Of a DNA stretch of 64,000 nucleotides, positions 40,668 to 49,796 are shown in pieces. Position numbers and translations under genes: made by a program. Positions within the stretch are counted from its first letter, which is position 1. The number at the start of each line of letters is the position of its first letter. Source of the stretch: an uncultured Pelagibacteraceae bacterium (GTDB lineage Bacteria > Pseudomonadota > Alphaproteobacteria > Pelagibacterales > Pelagibacteraceae); NCBI GenBank assembly GCA_902544985.1, contig CACCFV010000002.1:17177-81176 (forward strand), written 5' to 3'. The notes under the pieces are model-generated. The model saw only the letters and a program-made list of their open reading frames with translations, made no database searches and was not told where the DNA came from.

Positions 40668-41698
40668 GGATTAGGATATTTCTGTTGAATTTTATTAATA
40701 TCATTTATTATTTCGCTGTTTAAATTTACATTTACACTTTCTATATTTGTTTTCAACTGTTCCATTGTCGTTGCCCCTATGATAACACTTGTTGTGAAAT
40801 GTTGAATTTCACAGAATTTCAAAGACATTTGAGTAAAATCTAAATTATATTTTTTTGAAATTTTGTAGTATTCATCAATAGCTTTTTGACCATTTTCATT
40901 TTTATATCTATTAAAATTTTTAAACAATTGCATTCTAGATTTTGCCGGTAATTTATTATTTCTATATTTTCCAGTTAAATATCCGAATGCCAATGGTGAG
41001 TAAGCTAATAATCCACTTTGTTCCCTAATGGAAATTTCTGCTAAACCAACCTCATAAGTTCGATTCAGTAAGTTATAAGGATTTTGGACAGACATCATTT
41101 TTGGAAGCGCTTTCATCTTTGAGAGTTCAAGAAATTTTGATAAACCCCAGGCAGTTTCATTAGACAAACCTACGTATCTAATTTTACCTTGTTCAATAAA
41201 TTTTTTTAAACTTTCTAAAATTTCTTCAAAAGGTGTCCAATTTTTATCATTTTCGTCATGTTCATAACCGTAATCACCAAAAAAATTTGTACTTCTTTCA
41301 GGCCAATGAAGTTGATATAAATCAATATAGTCTGTTTTTAATCTTCTTAAGCTTTCATCCAATGCTTCTGTAATTTTTTTTTTACCAAAACTATTTCCAC
41401 CACCTCTAATATATTTGTTTGACGTATTTCCACAAACTTTAGTAGCAAGAACAACATCATTTCTTTTTTTTGTTTTTTGAAACCAATTACCTATTATTTT
41501 TTCAGTTTCTCCATAGGTTTCTTCTCTCATTGGAATTGAATATATTTCAGCTGTATCCCAAAAATTTACCCCTTGGTTCAAAGCAAAATCCATTTGTTCA
41601 AAACCTTCTCTCTCTGAATTTTGCTCGCCCCAGGTCATTGTACCGAGACAAATTGTACTTACATCTAGATCAGTATTTCCTAATTTTTTGTAATTCAT
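40658..41698 (-). CDS. tas: Aldo/keto reductase, Tas-like
   Basis: ICLGTMTWGEQN, DTAEIY, IDLYQLHWPER, GLSNET, QNPYNLL, YPNPCP. Confidence 0.9.
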   Translation of the reverse strand: MNYKKLGNTDLDVSTICLGTMTWGEQNSEREGFEQMDFALNQGVNFWDTAEIYSIPMREETYGETEKIIGNWFQKTKKRNDVVLATKVCGNTSNKYIRGGGNSFGKKKITEALDESLRRLKTDYIDLYQLHWPERSTNFFGDYGYEHDENDKNWTPFEEILESLKKFIEQGKIRYVGLSNETAWGLSKFLELSKMKALPKMMSVQNPYNLLNRTYEVGLAEISIREQSGLLAYSPLAFGYLTGKYRNNKLPAKSRMQLFKNFNRYKNENGQKAIDEYYKISKKYNLDFTQMSLKFCEIQHFTTSVIIGATTMEQLKTNIESVNVNLNSEIINDINKIQQKYPNPCP

Positions 41699-41775
41699 CA
41701 GTATTTCACAACATTAGTCATTTATTGTTTTTTTGATATCTTGAATAATTAATAAAAGATTATATATGTTACAGC

Positions 41776-42540
41776 ATGGAATTTAATAAAAAAGGTATTT
41801 TAGGTAGAGCAAAAGAAGCTGCTCAACAATCAACGACAGTAACTGATGAAGGCTTAAGAGCCTACATGTTAAAAGTATATAACTATATGGCAACAGGAAT
41901 CCTTATGACTGGGATTATTGCTCTTATAACTTTTAAAATGTCAGTTGTGACTGATAGCTCAGGATCTATAGTTGGATTAACTCAAGTAGGTAACGCAATC
42001 TATATGTCAGGTTTAAAATGGCTAGTAATGTTAGCTCCACTTGGAATCGTGTTTTACATGAGCTTTGGTATAAATAAAATGAGTGCAGCTAAAGCGCAAA
42101 CAACTTTTTGGATTTTTGCTGCATTAATGGGTCTGTCTCTTTCATCGATTTTATTAGTTTATACTGGTATGAGTATCACAAGAGTATTTTTCATTTGTTC
42201 TGCTACATTTGGAGCGATGAGTATATATGGATACACAACTAAAAGAGACTTAACAAGATTTGGATCTTTTTTAATGATGGGTTTAATTGGAATTATAATT
42301 GCATCAATAGTTAATATATTTATGAAGTCTTCAATGATGTATTTCGTGATTTCTATCTTAGGAGTTTTAATTTTTGTAGGACTAACAGCTTACGACACTC
42401 AAAAAATTAAAAACATGTATGCTGCTAGCGACACAGGTGAATTAATGGGTAAAAAAGCTGTAATGGGTGCATTAACGCTTTATTTAGACTTCATTAATTT
42501 ATTTATCATGTTGCTAAGACTTTTTGGTCAAAGAAGATAA
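41776..42540 (+). CDS. Bax inhibitor-1/YccA family membrane protein
   Basis: DEGLRAYMLKVYNYM, YGYTTKRDL, TAYDTQKIK, ALTLYLDFINLF. Confidence 0.94.
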   Translation: MEFNKKGILGRAKEAAQQSTTVTDEGLRAYMLKVYNYMATGILMTGIIALITFKMSVVTDSSGSIVGLTQVGNAIYMSGLKWLVMLAPLGIVFYMSFGINKMSAAKAQTTFWIFAALMGLSLSSILLVYTGMSITRVFFICSATFGAMSIYGYTTKRDLTRFGSFLMMGLIGIIIASIVNIFMKSSMMYFVISILGVLIFVGLTAYDTQKIKNMYAASDTGELMGKKAVMGALTLYLDFINLFIMLLRLFGQRR

Positions 42541-42541
42541 T

Positions 42542-42883
42542 TTAAAGTTTTTTCCAATTAATATTTCTTAACAAACTATTTAAATCAGAAGAATTTCTTA
42601 ATATTTTCCCATTAGCATCGGTAATTAAGTATTTAAGATTTTTGTTTTTTGGCTTAAAATTTTTGCAAATCTTATACAGAGCATTTTCTGTAGTGTTTTT
42701 AAAAACACTAAAACCAACTTGTTTGCTTGAAATATTAAGTCCATAGTCTTTCCATGATCCTTCAGAGACCATTTTAGCGTATAAGTCTAAAATAATTTTT
42801 AGTTCATCTTTTTCAAAAAAATGTTTTTCCTCAATATTCTTTTTACTAACATTATCGATTATTAGACGTAAATTATTATTCAT
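42542..42883 (-). CDS. DUF2794 family protein
   Basis: F.K.EL..ILDLYAKMVSEGSWKDY, FSVFK...E.ALYKI.K. Confidence 0.85.
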   Translation of the reverse strand: MNNNLRLIIDNVSKKNIEEKHFFEKDELKIILDLYAKMVSEGSWKDYGLNISSKQVGFSVFKNTTENALYKICKNFKPKNKNLKYLITDANGKILRNSSDLNSLLRNINWKKL

Positions 42884-43433
42884 TTGTTTTATACTTATTT
42901 ATTAAACCTATTTGAAAAGCAGTAAATATAAATGTAATTGGTAATAGTCCCCATACTTTAAAGTTAACCCAAAATTCTTCAGATTGAGTTCTCCAAACTA
43001 TTTCGTTTAGTATTGCAAGGCCAAAGAAGAAATATATCCATCTTTTATTTAAGACTTCCCATCCTTCATCAGTAAGCGAAACAGACTTACCCATTAATTT
43101 TTTTAAAACGGGTTCATTTGTGAAGTATCTTCCAAATATTAGAGCGAATGCAAAAAGGATATTTATGATTGTAGGTTTAATATAAATAAAAACTGGATTA
43201 TCAAAGTAAATTGTTAAGCCACCAAAGAAAGTAATTAAAACTCCACTTAATAAAGGAACTTTTGGTATTTTTTTTTCTAAGAACCAAACAATTGCCAATG
43301 CAATTATTGTCGCAACAATAAATGGGGGAATGGCAATTTTTAAGTCTTTTCCACTATCGTAATAGTAGTAAAAAAAAATTACTAAAGGTCCAAAATCTGT
43401 AAGAAACTTTAAAAAGGATTTGTTCACAAGCAA
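42876..43433 (-). CDS. ispZ: Inner membrane septation protein A (IspZ/YciB)
   Basis: DFGPL, FGGLT, FIYIKPTI, NEIVWR, WVNFKVWG. Confidence 0.93.
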   Translation of the reverse strand: MLVNKSFLKFLTDFGPLVIFFYYYYDSGKDLKIAIPPFIVATIIALAIVWFLEKKIPKVPLLSGVLITFFGGLTIYFDNPVFIYIKPTIINILFAFALIFGRYFTNEPVLKKLMGKSVSLTDEGWEVLNKRWIYFFFGLAILNEIVWRTQSEEFWVNFKVWGLLPITFIFTAFQIGLINKYKTNE

Positions 43434-43480
43434 GATATTAACATAAATAATATTTTCATAAAAACTTTTAATTTTTCTTA

Positions 43481-43508
43481 TTGATTTTTATTTTTAAATA
43501 CCCATACT
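43481..43508 (+). promoter_or_regulatory. Putative sigma32 promoter of hspQ
   Basis: TTGATT-N14-CCCATACT ending 7 nt before the ATG; hspQ is a heat-shock gene. Confidence 0.55.
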
Positions 43509-43515
43509 AAGCTCA

Positions 43516-43836
43516 ATGGCAATTCAAAAAGCTAAATTTTCAATTGGTGATATAGTGAAACATAAACACTTCGACTTTAGAGGTGTAATTTATGATGTTG
43601 ATTTTGAATTTAATAATTCAGAAGAATGGTATCAATCTATTCCAAAAAATGTGAGACCTAGAAAAGATCAGCCTTTTTATCATCTGTTAGCAGAAAATGA
43701 TGAAATCACTTATGAGGCATACGTTTCTGAGCAAAATCTTTTAGTTGATGATTCAGATGAGCCAATAAAACATCCTTTAATTGAGGAAATTTTTTCTGGG
43801 AAAAAGGGATCTAGCTATTTTAAGCTATCAAATTAA
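43516..43836 (+). CDS. hspQ: Heat shock protein HspQ
   Basis: AKFSIG..VKH, FRGVIYDVD, RPRKDQPFYHLLAEN, AYVSEQNL. Confidence 0.95.
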   Translation: MAIQKAKFSIGDIVKHKHFDFRGVIYDVDFEFNNSEEWYQSIPKNVRPRKDQPFYHLLAENDEITYEAYVSEQNLLVDDSDEPIKHPLIEEIFSGKKGSSYFKLSN

Positions 43837-43871
43837 ATAAATCACTTTTTTAACACATTTAGTTCAAACCT

Positions 43872-43899
43872 TTGACACAGCAATTTGCTTTAATAATTT
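43872..43899 (+). promoter_or_regulatory. Putative sigma70 promoter upstream of the hairpin RNA
   Basis: Perfect TTGACA (43872-77), 16-nt spacer, TAATTT (43894-99). Confidence 0.5.
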
Positions 43900-43902
43900 A
43901 AT

Positions 43903-43974
43903 TCTGATCAAGGGTGCTACTTATTTACCCTTCGTTATTATCTCCCTCTGGCATTCTTGATCAGGTAACTTTTT
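43903..43974 (+). ncRNA. Candidate small RNA: 17-bp stem, 29-nt pyrimidine-rich anti-RBS loop, U-tract
   Basis: 43903-19 pairs with 43949-65 (4 G.U, no mismatch on + strand; A.C mismatches on - strand); loop CUUAUUUACCCUUCGUUAUUAUCUCCCUC; TTTTT at 43970-74. Confidence 0.6.
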
Positions 43975-43996
43975 CATAATAAATATAATCCCATAT

Positions 43997-44710
43997 ATGT
44001 TTAAATATTTTGAACCGAATAAAATTTTTGCAATAACATCGAAAGCTCCTAAATATGTATTATTTTTATTTATCGTCATTCTCTCTATAGGATTAACAGA
44101 AGCATTAATATTATCTCCTGAGGATTATAAACAGAGTCACTCCGTCAGAATTATGTATGTTCATGTTCCAGCAGCTTGGATTTCACTTGGAATTTTTTCC
44201 GCTATTACTTTTTTGTCTGTAATTGGGTACATTTTTAAAATAAGAAATTTTTTTTTAATTGCAAAAAGTTTGGCACCTTCTGGATTAGTATTTAATATAA
44301 TAGCTCTGGTGACTGGTTCGATATGGGGCAAACCTACATGGGGAACATGGTGGGCTTGGGACGCAAGAATAACTTCAATGTTAATACTAGCACTGTTTTA
44401 TATAATGTATCTTGTTGCATGGAGAATTTTTGAAGATGAAGATAATGACAAAGTATTTAAAGTCACATCAATTATAACAATTTTGGGAATAATTAATGTT
44501 CCTATAATTAAGTATTCGGTAGATTGGTGGAATACATTGCATCAACCAGCTTCAATCAATATTCTTTCTAAGTCGTCAATTCACATATCAATGCTCTTTC
44601 CTTTATTGACAATGACTGCGGCATTTGCCCTATTTTCTCTACTAATTTTTTTAATGAAATATAATACAGAACTGATAAAAATTAAAAACAAAGGGTTAGA
44701 CAGATTATGA
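43997..44710 (+). CDS. ccmC: Heme exporter protein C
   Basis: YVHVP, WGKPTWGTWWAWDARITS (WWD motif), WWNTLHQ. Confidence 0.97.
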   Translation: MFKYFEPNKIFAITSKAPKYVLFLFIVILSIGLTEALILSPEDYKQSHSVRIMYVHVPAAWISLGIFSAITFLSVIGYIFKIRNFFLIAKSLAPSGLVFNIIALVTGSIWGKPTWGTWWAWDARITSMLILALFYIMYLVAWRIFEDEDNDKVFKVTSIITILGIINVPIIKYSVDWWNTLHQPASINILSKSSIHISMLFPLLTMTAAFALFSLLIFLMKYNTELIKIKNKGLDRL

Positions 44711-44934
44711 TTGAAAATTTATTTTTTATGAATGGATATGGACTGTATGTTTGGTCAGCATTTACGTTTACTCTAGTAAGTTTTTTTACGCTTTTTTTGA
44801 TCATCAAAATTCAATACAACAAAGAAAAAAATAAATTTATAGCAAAATTTGGATCTTTAAATTCTGAAAGAGCAGCTTTTGCAAAATCTCAAAGTATAAA
44901 TAAAGAGATTTTGTCAAATATTTCAAACATTTAA
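44707..44934 (+). CDS. ccmD: Heme exporter protein D
   Basis: MNGYGLYVWSAF + single TM between ccmC and ccmE. Confidence 0.88.
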   Translation: MIENLFFMNGYGLYVWSAFTFTLVSFFTLFLIIKIQYNKEKNKFIAKFGSLNSERAAFAKSQSINKEILSNISNI

Positions 44935-44944
44935 CTTTTGAAAC

Positions 44945-45364
44945 ATGTATGGGCGAAAAGTTAAATTAAGATTTTTTTTCGTTTTATTAATATTAGTAAC
45001 ATTAGCGTTATCAGTTTTTTTATTAATTAAGTCTCTTGAGGAGAATGTTATTTTTTTTAAGTCTCCAACTGAAATTAAAACTTTAAGTGAAATTGGCAAA
45101 AAAAAAATTAGAATAGGTGGGATGGTTAAAAAAGACTCTATAACTATAATTTCAAAAGAAATAAAATTTATTGTTACAGATTTTAAAAACGAGATAAATG
45201 TTGTTTATTCTGGGGTTGTGCCAAATCTTTTTGCTGAGGAAAAGGGTGTTGTTGCTGAGGGATATTTAAAAGATAAAAATTTTTTTTTAGCTACAAAAAT
45301 TTTGGCTAAACATGATGAAAATTATATGCCACCAGAAGTTAAGGCTGCATTAGAGGAGAAATAA
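44945..45364 (+). CDS. ccmE: Heme chaperone CcmE
   Basis: [25 protein letters not shown]. Confidence 0.96.
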   Translation: MYGRKVKLRFFFVLLILVTLALSVFLLIKSLEENVIFFKSPTEIKTLSEIGKKKIRIGGMVKKDSITIISKEIKFIVTDFKNEINVVYSGVVPNLFAEEKGVVAEGYLKDKNFFLATKILAKHDENYMPPEVKAALEEK

Positions 45365-45366
45365 AT

Positions 45367-47244
45367 TTGGCGAGTTTAATAGGTTCTTATTCATTAAGTT
45401 TTGGACTTTTTTTTTCAGTATTTATTATTTTTTTTTCAGTTAGAAATTTAAGGGATACTAAAATTTTAGATAAAAAAATAATATCTTTTACATTTACCCA
45501 ATTTTTTTTTGTAGTCACAAGTTTTTTTGGATTAATTATTTCTTTTATTAACTCAGATTTTAGTAATGAAACTGTATTTAATCACTCTCATACGACCAAA
45601 CCATTATTTTATAAAATCTCAGGAACTTGGGGCAATCATGAGGGTAGTTTATTGTTATGGTTGCTAGTATTGACTTTGTTTATTTCAATTTTTTTAATCA
45701 AATCTAGTCAACAGCCAAAAAATTACAGAATTTTTACTTTATTATTTCAACAAATAATAATTATAGGCTTTTTTATTTTTTTAATTAAAACCTCAAGTCC
45801 ATTTAATTATTTATTTCCAACACCAAATGAGGGCCTAGGTCTGAACCCAATTTTACAAGATCCTGCTTTAGCAATACATCCACCGATTTTATATTTGGGT
45901 TATGTGGGTTCTTCGATAATTTTCTCATCTGCTCTTGCTGCCATGGTTACATCACATGTATCAAAGGAATGGGCAAAGCATATTAAACAATGGGTTTTAG
46001 CATCTTGGGTTTTTCTTACACTAGGAATTTTACTTGGATCTATTTGGGCATATTATGAATTAGGCTGGGGAGGTTTTTGGTTTTGGGATCCGGTTGAAAA
46101 TGTATCTTTAATGCCATGGTTTGCACTAACAACTCTACTTCATTGTATTATAGTTTTAGAGAAGAAGAAAATTTTAACTTCATGGGCCATGATACTGTCA
46201 ATCGCAACTTTTGCCTTGAGTATGAGTGGTACTTTTTTAGTAAGATCTGGAATTCTGAATTCAGTTCACACATTTGCCAATGATCCAGAGAGAGGATTGT
46301 TTATTCTAATTTTTCTTTTTACACTTATTTTTTTATCTATTTTTATTTTCATTTTTTTTCATTCAGGGAAAGATAAAAAAGAAAATAATTTTTTTTGGCT
46401 AAGTAAAGAGACATCTATTTTGGTTAATAATTGGTTTATGATGTATTTTTTATCAGTAGTTTTAATAGGAACGATTTATCCAATATTTTTAGAAGTTATA
46501 ACTACAAATAAAATATCTGTTGGACCACCTTTTTATAACAAACTCATATTACCTTTCTTAATTCCATTTTTAATAGCTATGGCAATTGGACCAAATCTTA
46601 ATTGGGTTAAATCAGATTTTAAAGATAAGTTTTATATGATGATATTTTTCACAATATCATTCTTATTATCAGCATTAATAATTAAACAATTTGATATAAA
46701 CTTTTTAGTTAACACCATTTTAGTTACATCTGCTTTTTTTTTATTTTTTTCTACTTTGAGAGAATTTTTTGTGAAAAGATTTAAAAATTTATCTCAGAAC
46801 ATTGCTCATTTTGGTTTCAGCTTACTAATTTTGAGCATTTTATTTAACAACATTTTTTCTAATGAGGTAATTACCAATTTAAAAATTGGTGAAACATTTA
46901 AGACTGAAAAGTTTACAATTAATTTTGAAAATATTGATCAAGAGGATGAAAAAAATTTTAAAGCAATTATAGGCAAATTTAATATCCAATACTTGGATGG
47001 ATCATCAGATATCCTTAATCCTGAATTAAGAATATATAATCAACCAAATATAATCACGAGTGAAGCCGATATTAAAACGAACTTATTCACAGATAAATTC
47101 ATGACAATGAATTATGTTCAGAATCAGGAATATTTTAATATCAGATATCAAGTTAAACCTTTTATGATCTGGATATGGATTTCAGTATTATTGATAACCT
47201 TTGGAGGTTCTTTAAGTTTTTTCAACAAAAGATATGAAATCTAA
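45367..47244 (+). CDS. ccmF: Cytochrome c heme lyase CcmF
   Basis: WGNHEGSLLLW, LNPILQDP..AIHPP, WAYYELGWGGFWFWDPVEN, SVHTFA. Confidence 0.97.
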   Translation: MASLIGSYSLSFGLFFSVFIIFFSVRNLRDTKILDKKIISFTFTQFFFVVTSFFGLIISFINSDFSNETVFNHSHTTKPLFYKISGTWGNHEGSLLLWLLVLTLFISIFLIKSSQQPKNYRIFTLLFQQIIIIGFFIFLIKTSSPFNYLFPTPNEGLGLNPILQDPALAIHPPILYLGYVGSSIIFSSALAAMVTSHVSKEWAKHIKQWVLASWVFLTLGILLGSIWAYYELGWGGFWFWDPVENVSLMPWFALTTLLHCIIVLEKKKILTSWAMILSIATFALSMSGTFLVRSGILNSVHTFANDPERGLFILIFLFTLIFLSIFIFIFFHSGKDKKENNFFWLSKETSILVNNWFMMYFLSVVLIGTIYPIFLEVITTNKISVGPPFYNKLILPFLIPFLIAMAIGPNLNWVKSDFKDKFYMMIFFTISFLLSALIIKQFDINFLVNTILVTSAFFLFFSTLREFFVKRFKNLSQNIAHFGFSLLILSILFNNIFSNEVITNLKIGETFKTEKFTINFENIDQEDEKNFKAIIGKFNIQYLDGSSDILNPELRIYNQPNIITSEADIKTNLFTDKFMTMNYVQNQEYFNIRYQVKPFMIWIWISVLLITFGGSLSFFNKRYEI

Positions 47245-47752
47245 ATTTATTTCACTAATTTTAATTTTAATTTTTATAATAACTTTTTTAATTTTTTATA
47301 AAGGTTTAAAAAATTCAAATATTTATACTCCTAACACCAATTTAGAAAAAGAAGTTCCATCATTTGAATTAAAATCTTTTGAGAACGATTCTATCATTAT
47401 CTCAGAAAAAATTTTTGAAAATAATAATTATTATTTTATGAACATTTGGGCATCATGGTGTATTCCCTGTAAAGTGGAACATGAATTTTTGATGAAATTA
47501 AAAAATAATGAAAAAATTAAATTAATAGGATTAAACTATAAAGATAATTTTAAAAATGCTTCAAGTTTTTTAAACGATTTGGGAAATCCTTATGATTTAA
47601 TTGTTTCAGATAGGGATGGTACAGCGTCAATAGAATGGGGTGCTTATGGGGTTCCAGAAAGTTTTTTAATATTTCAAAGTAAAATTATAAAAAGATTTAT
47701 TGGACCGATTAAAAATGAAGATTTATTAGAAATTCAGAAATTAATTAGATGA
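47234..47752 (+). CDS. ccmG: Thiol:disulfide interchange protein CcmG/DsbE
   Basis: NIWASWCIPC..EH, NYKD, GNPY, YGVPES. Confidence 0.94.
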   Translation: MKSKFISLILILIFIITFLIFYKGLKNSNIYTPNTNLEKEVPSFELKSFENDSIIISEKIFENNNYYFMNIWASWCIPCKVEHEFLMKLKNNEKIKLIGLNYKDNFKNASSFLNDLGNPYDLIVSDRDGTASIEWGAYGVPESFLIFQSKIIKRFIGPIKNEDLLEIQKLIR

Positions 47753-48111
47753 AATTTATTTATACATTCCTGATTGTAATTAATATTTTAAATTTTAATT
47801 TATTAAAAGCAGATGAAATTAAGACTGAAAATGAAATAGCGAAAAATTTGAGATGTTTAATTTGTCAGGGTCAATCAGTGTATGACTCAGATTCAGAATT
47901 TGCAATAAGTCTTAAGTTGGTAATAAAAAATAAAATCCAACAAGGAATGAGTGAGGAAGAAATATATAGTTTTTTAAAAATGAAATACGGAGAATGGATA
48001 TTGTATGATCCAGTTTTTAATAAAAATACCTACTTTTTATGGCTATTGCCTATCTTGATATTCTTAGTAGGTGGTGCAATAATCACTAGAAAGTTTTATT
48101 ATAAAAAATAA
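47749..48111 (+). CDS. ccmH: Cytochrome c biogenesis protein CcmH
   Basis: LRCLICQGQSV.DSD, YGEWILYDP, LWLLP. Confidence 0.93.
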   Translation: MKFIYTFLIVINILNFNLLKADEIKTENEIAKNLRCLICQGQSVYDSDSEFAISLKLVIKNKIQQGMSEEEIYSFLKMKYGEWILYDPVFNKNTYFLWLLPILIFLVGGAIITRKFYYKK

Positions 48112-48126
48112 TTTTAATTAAATATT

Positions 48127-48636
48127 ATGATTTTAAAAAAATTTTTTTTGATCTTACTATTTTTGACTTTACCCACAAAATTATTTGGGGACGCTGATAT
48201 TGATGATAACAACCATCAATTTAATTTATACCTTGGAAATTTTGATTTTAGTGATGATAAGCAAAAAGCAACATTGTTAGGTTTCCAGCACCAAAATGAA
48301 AATTTAAATAGAAATACATTTTTAGGAAATATTTCGCCAGTTACTGGAGGATTCATAACTGAAAATTCTGCTGCATACATTTACACAGGCGTTGAATGGA
48401 ATATGGACATGGGACCATTTTTTTTCACTCCAAGCTTTACACCAGGTCTTTATCATGAAGGAGATGGAAAAGATCTTGGACATGTTCTCGAATTTAAGTC
48501 AGAATTACAGCTTTCTTACAAGACAACAGACACAACCAATTTTGCCGTATCATATAATCATGTGTCTAATGCAAGTTTAGGGGATAAAAATCCTGGGGCA
48601 AATAGTTATATGTTTAATTTCCTCAAAAAGTTTTAA
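48127..48636 (+). CDS. PagL-like outer-membrane acyl hydrolase (lipid A 3-O-deacylase family)
   Basis: Signal peptide, GKDLG..LEFKS, HVSNASLG..NPG, C-terminal Phe. Confidence 0.82.
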   Translation: MILKKFFLILLFLTLPTKLFGDADIDDNNHQFNLYLGNFDFSDDKQKATLLGFQHQNENLNRNTFLGNISPVTGGFITENSAAYIYTGVEWNMDMGPFFFTPSFTPGLYHEGDGKDLGHVLEFKSELQLSYKTTDTTNFAVSYNHVSNASLGDKNPGANSYMFNFLKKF

Positions 48637-48644
48637 GTAAAATT

Positions 48645-49796
48645 ATGAATTTAAAAGATTGTCACAATTTTAGTGATTTTAGAAAATTAGCTCAAAAAAA
48701 GTTACCATCACCAATCTTTCATTATATTGATGGTGCGGCAGATGATGAAGTTACATATGCAAGGAATACTAGTGCATTTGATGATGTGGATTTAGTACCT
48801 AATGTTTTGCGTGGAGTTGAAGAAGTCGATTTGTCTACTACGATATTTGGAAAAAAATTAGATTTACCTTTTTATTTATCACCAACAGCTTTACAGAGAC
48901 TTTTTCATTATGATGGAGAAAGAGCAGTCGGAAAAGCTGCAAAAAAATTTAATACTATGTTTGGTGTTTCTGCTTTAGCCACTGTCAGTGTTGAGGAAAT
49001 TTCTTCAATGATTGATACACCTAAAATGTTTCAATTTTATTTTCATAAAGATAGAGGTTTAAACGACTCTTGTTTGGAAAGAGCAAAAGCTGCAAAATTT
49101 GATGTGATGGCTTTAACAGTTGATACTATTACTGGAGGAAATAGGGAGAGAGATTTAAGAACAGGGTTTACCTCTCCACCAAAATTAACTTTAGCAAGTT
49201 TATATAGTTTTGCTACTAAACCGATGTGGGGAATTAATTATCTAACCAAAGGTAAGTTTGAATTACCTCATTTACAAGATTTTGTAAAAGAAGGTACCGA
49301 TGTTAACTCATCAATTGGAAATTATTTTTCAACTATGTTGGATCAATCTATGAATTGGAAAGATGCTGAAAATCTTTGTTCTAAATGGGGAGGTCATTTC
49401 GCTCTCAAAGGAGTTATGAGTGTAGAAGATGCAAAAAGAGCAGTAGACATAGGATGCACAGGTATAATGGTATCAAATCATGGCGGAAGACAGTTAGATG
49501 GATCTAGAGCGCCTTTTGATCAACTTGCAGAAATTGTTGATGCAGTTGGTGATAAATTAGATGTGATTTGTGAAGGTGGAATTCATAGAGGTACACATAT
49601 GCTAAAAGCACTATCATTAGGAGCCAAGGCTTGTTCAGGAGGAAGATTATATCTTTATGCTTTAGCAGCTGGAGGTCAAGCAGGTGTCGAAAGAGCTTTA
49701 GAAAAATATAAAGCTGAATTAGTGCGTGATATGAAACTTATGGGATGCACTAAAATTAGTGATTTAAATAGAAGTAATTTAAGATTCAGAAAATAG
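48645..49796 (+). CDS. lldD: FMN-dependent alpha-hydroxy-acid dehydrogenase/oxidase, copy 1
   Basis: FHYIDG, LTVD, GNRERD, LKGV, VSNHGGRQLD. Confidence 0.9.
   Translation: MNLKDCHNFSDFRKLAQKKLPSPIFHYIDGAADDEVTYARNTSAFDDVDLVPNVLRGVEEVDLSTTIFGKKLDLPFYLSPTALQRLFHYDGERAVGKAAKKFNTMFGVSALATVSVEEISSMIDTPKMFQFYFHKDRGLNDSCLERAKAAKFDVMALTVDTITGGNRERDLRTGFTSPPKLTLASLYSFATKPMWGINYLTKGKFELPHLQDFVKEGTDVNSSIGNYFSTMLDQSMNWKDAENLCSKWGGHFALKGVMSVEDAKRAVDIGCTGIMVSNHGGRQLDGSRAPFDQLAEIVDAVGDKLDVICEGGIHRGTHMLKALSLGAKACSGGRLYLYALAAGGQAGVERALEKYKAELVRDMKLMGCTKISDLNRSNLRFRK

Noticed and set aside
43924-43948. Minus-strand SD GAGGGAG followed by mini-ORF ACG-AAG-GGT-AAA-TAA inside the hairpin loop
   Set aside because: Non-standard start, and the stem has A.C mismatches on that strand, so + strand RNA is more parsimonious; not fully excluded.
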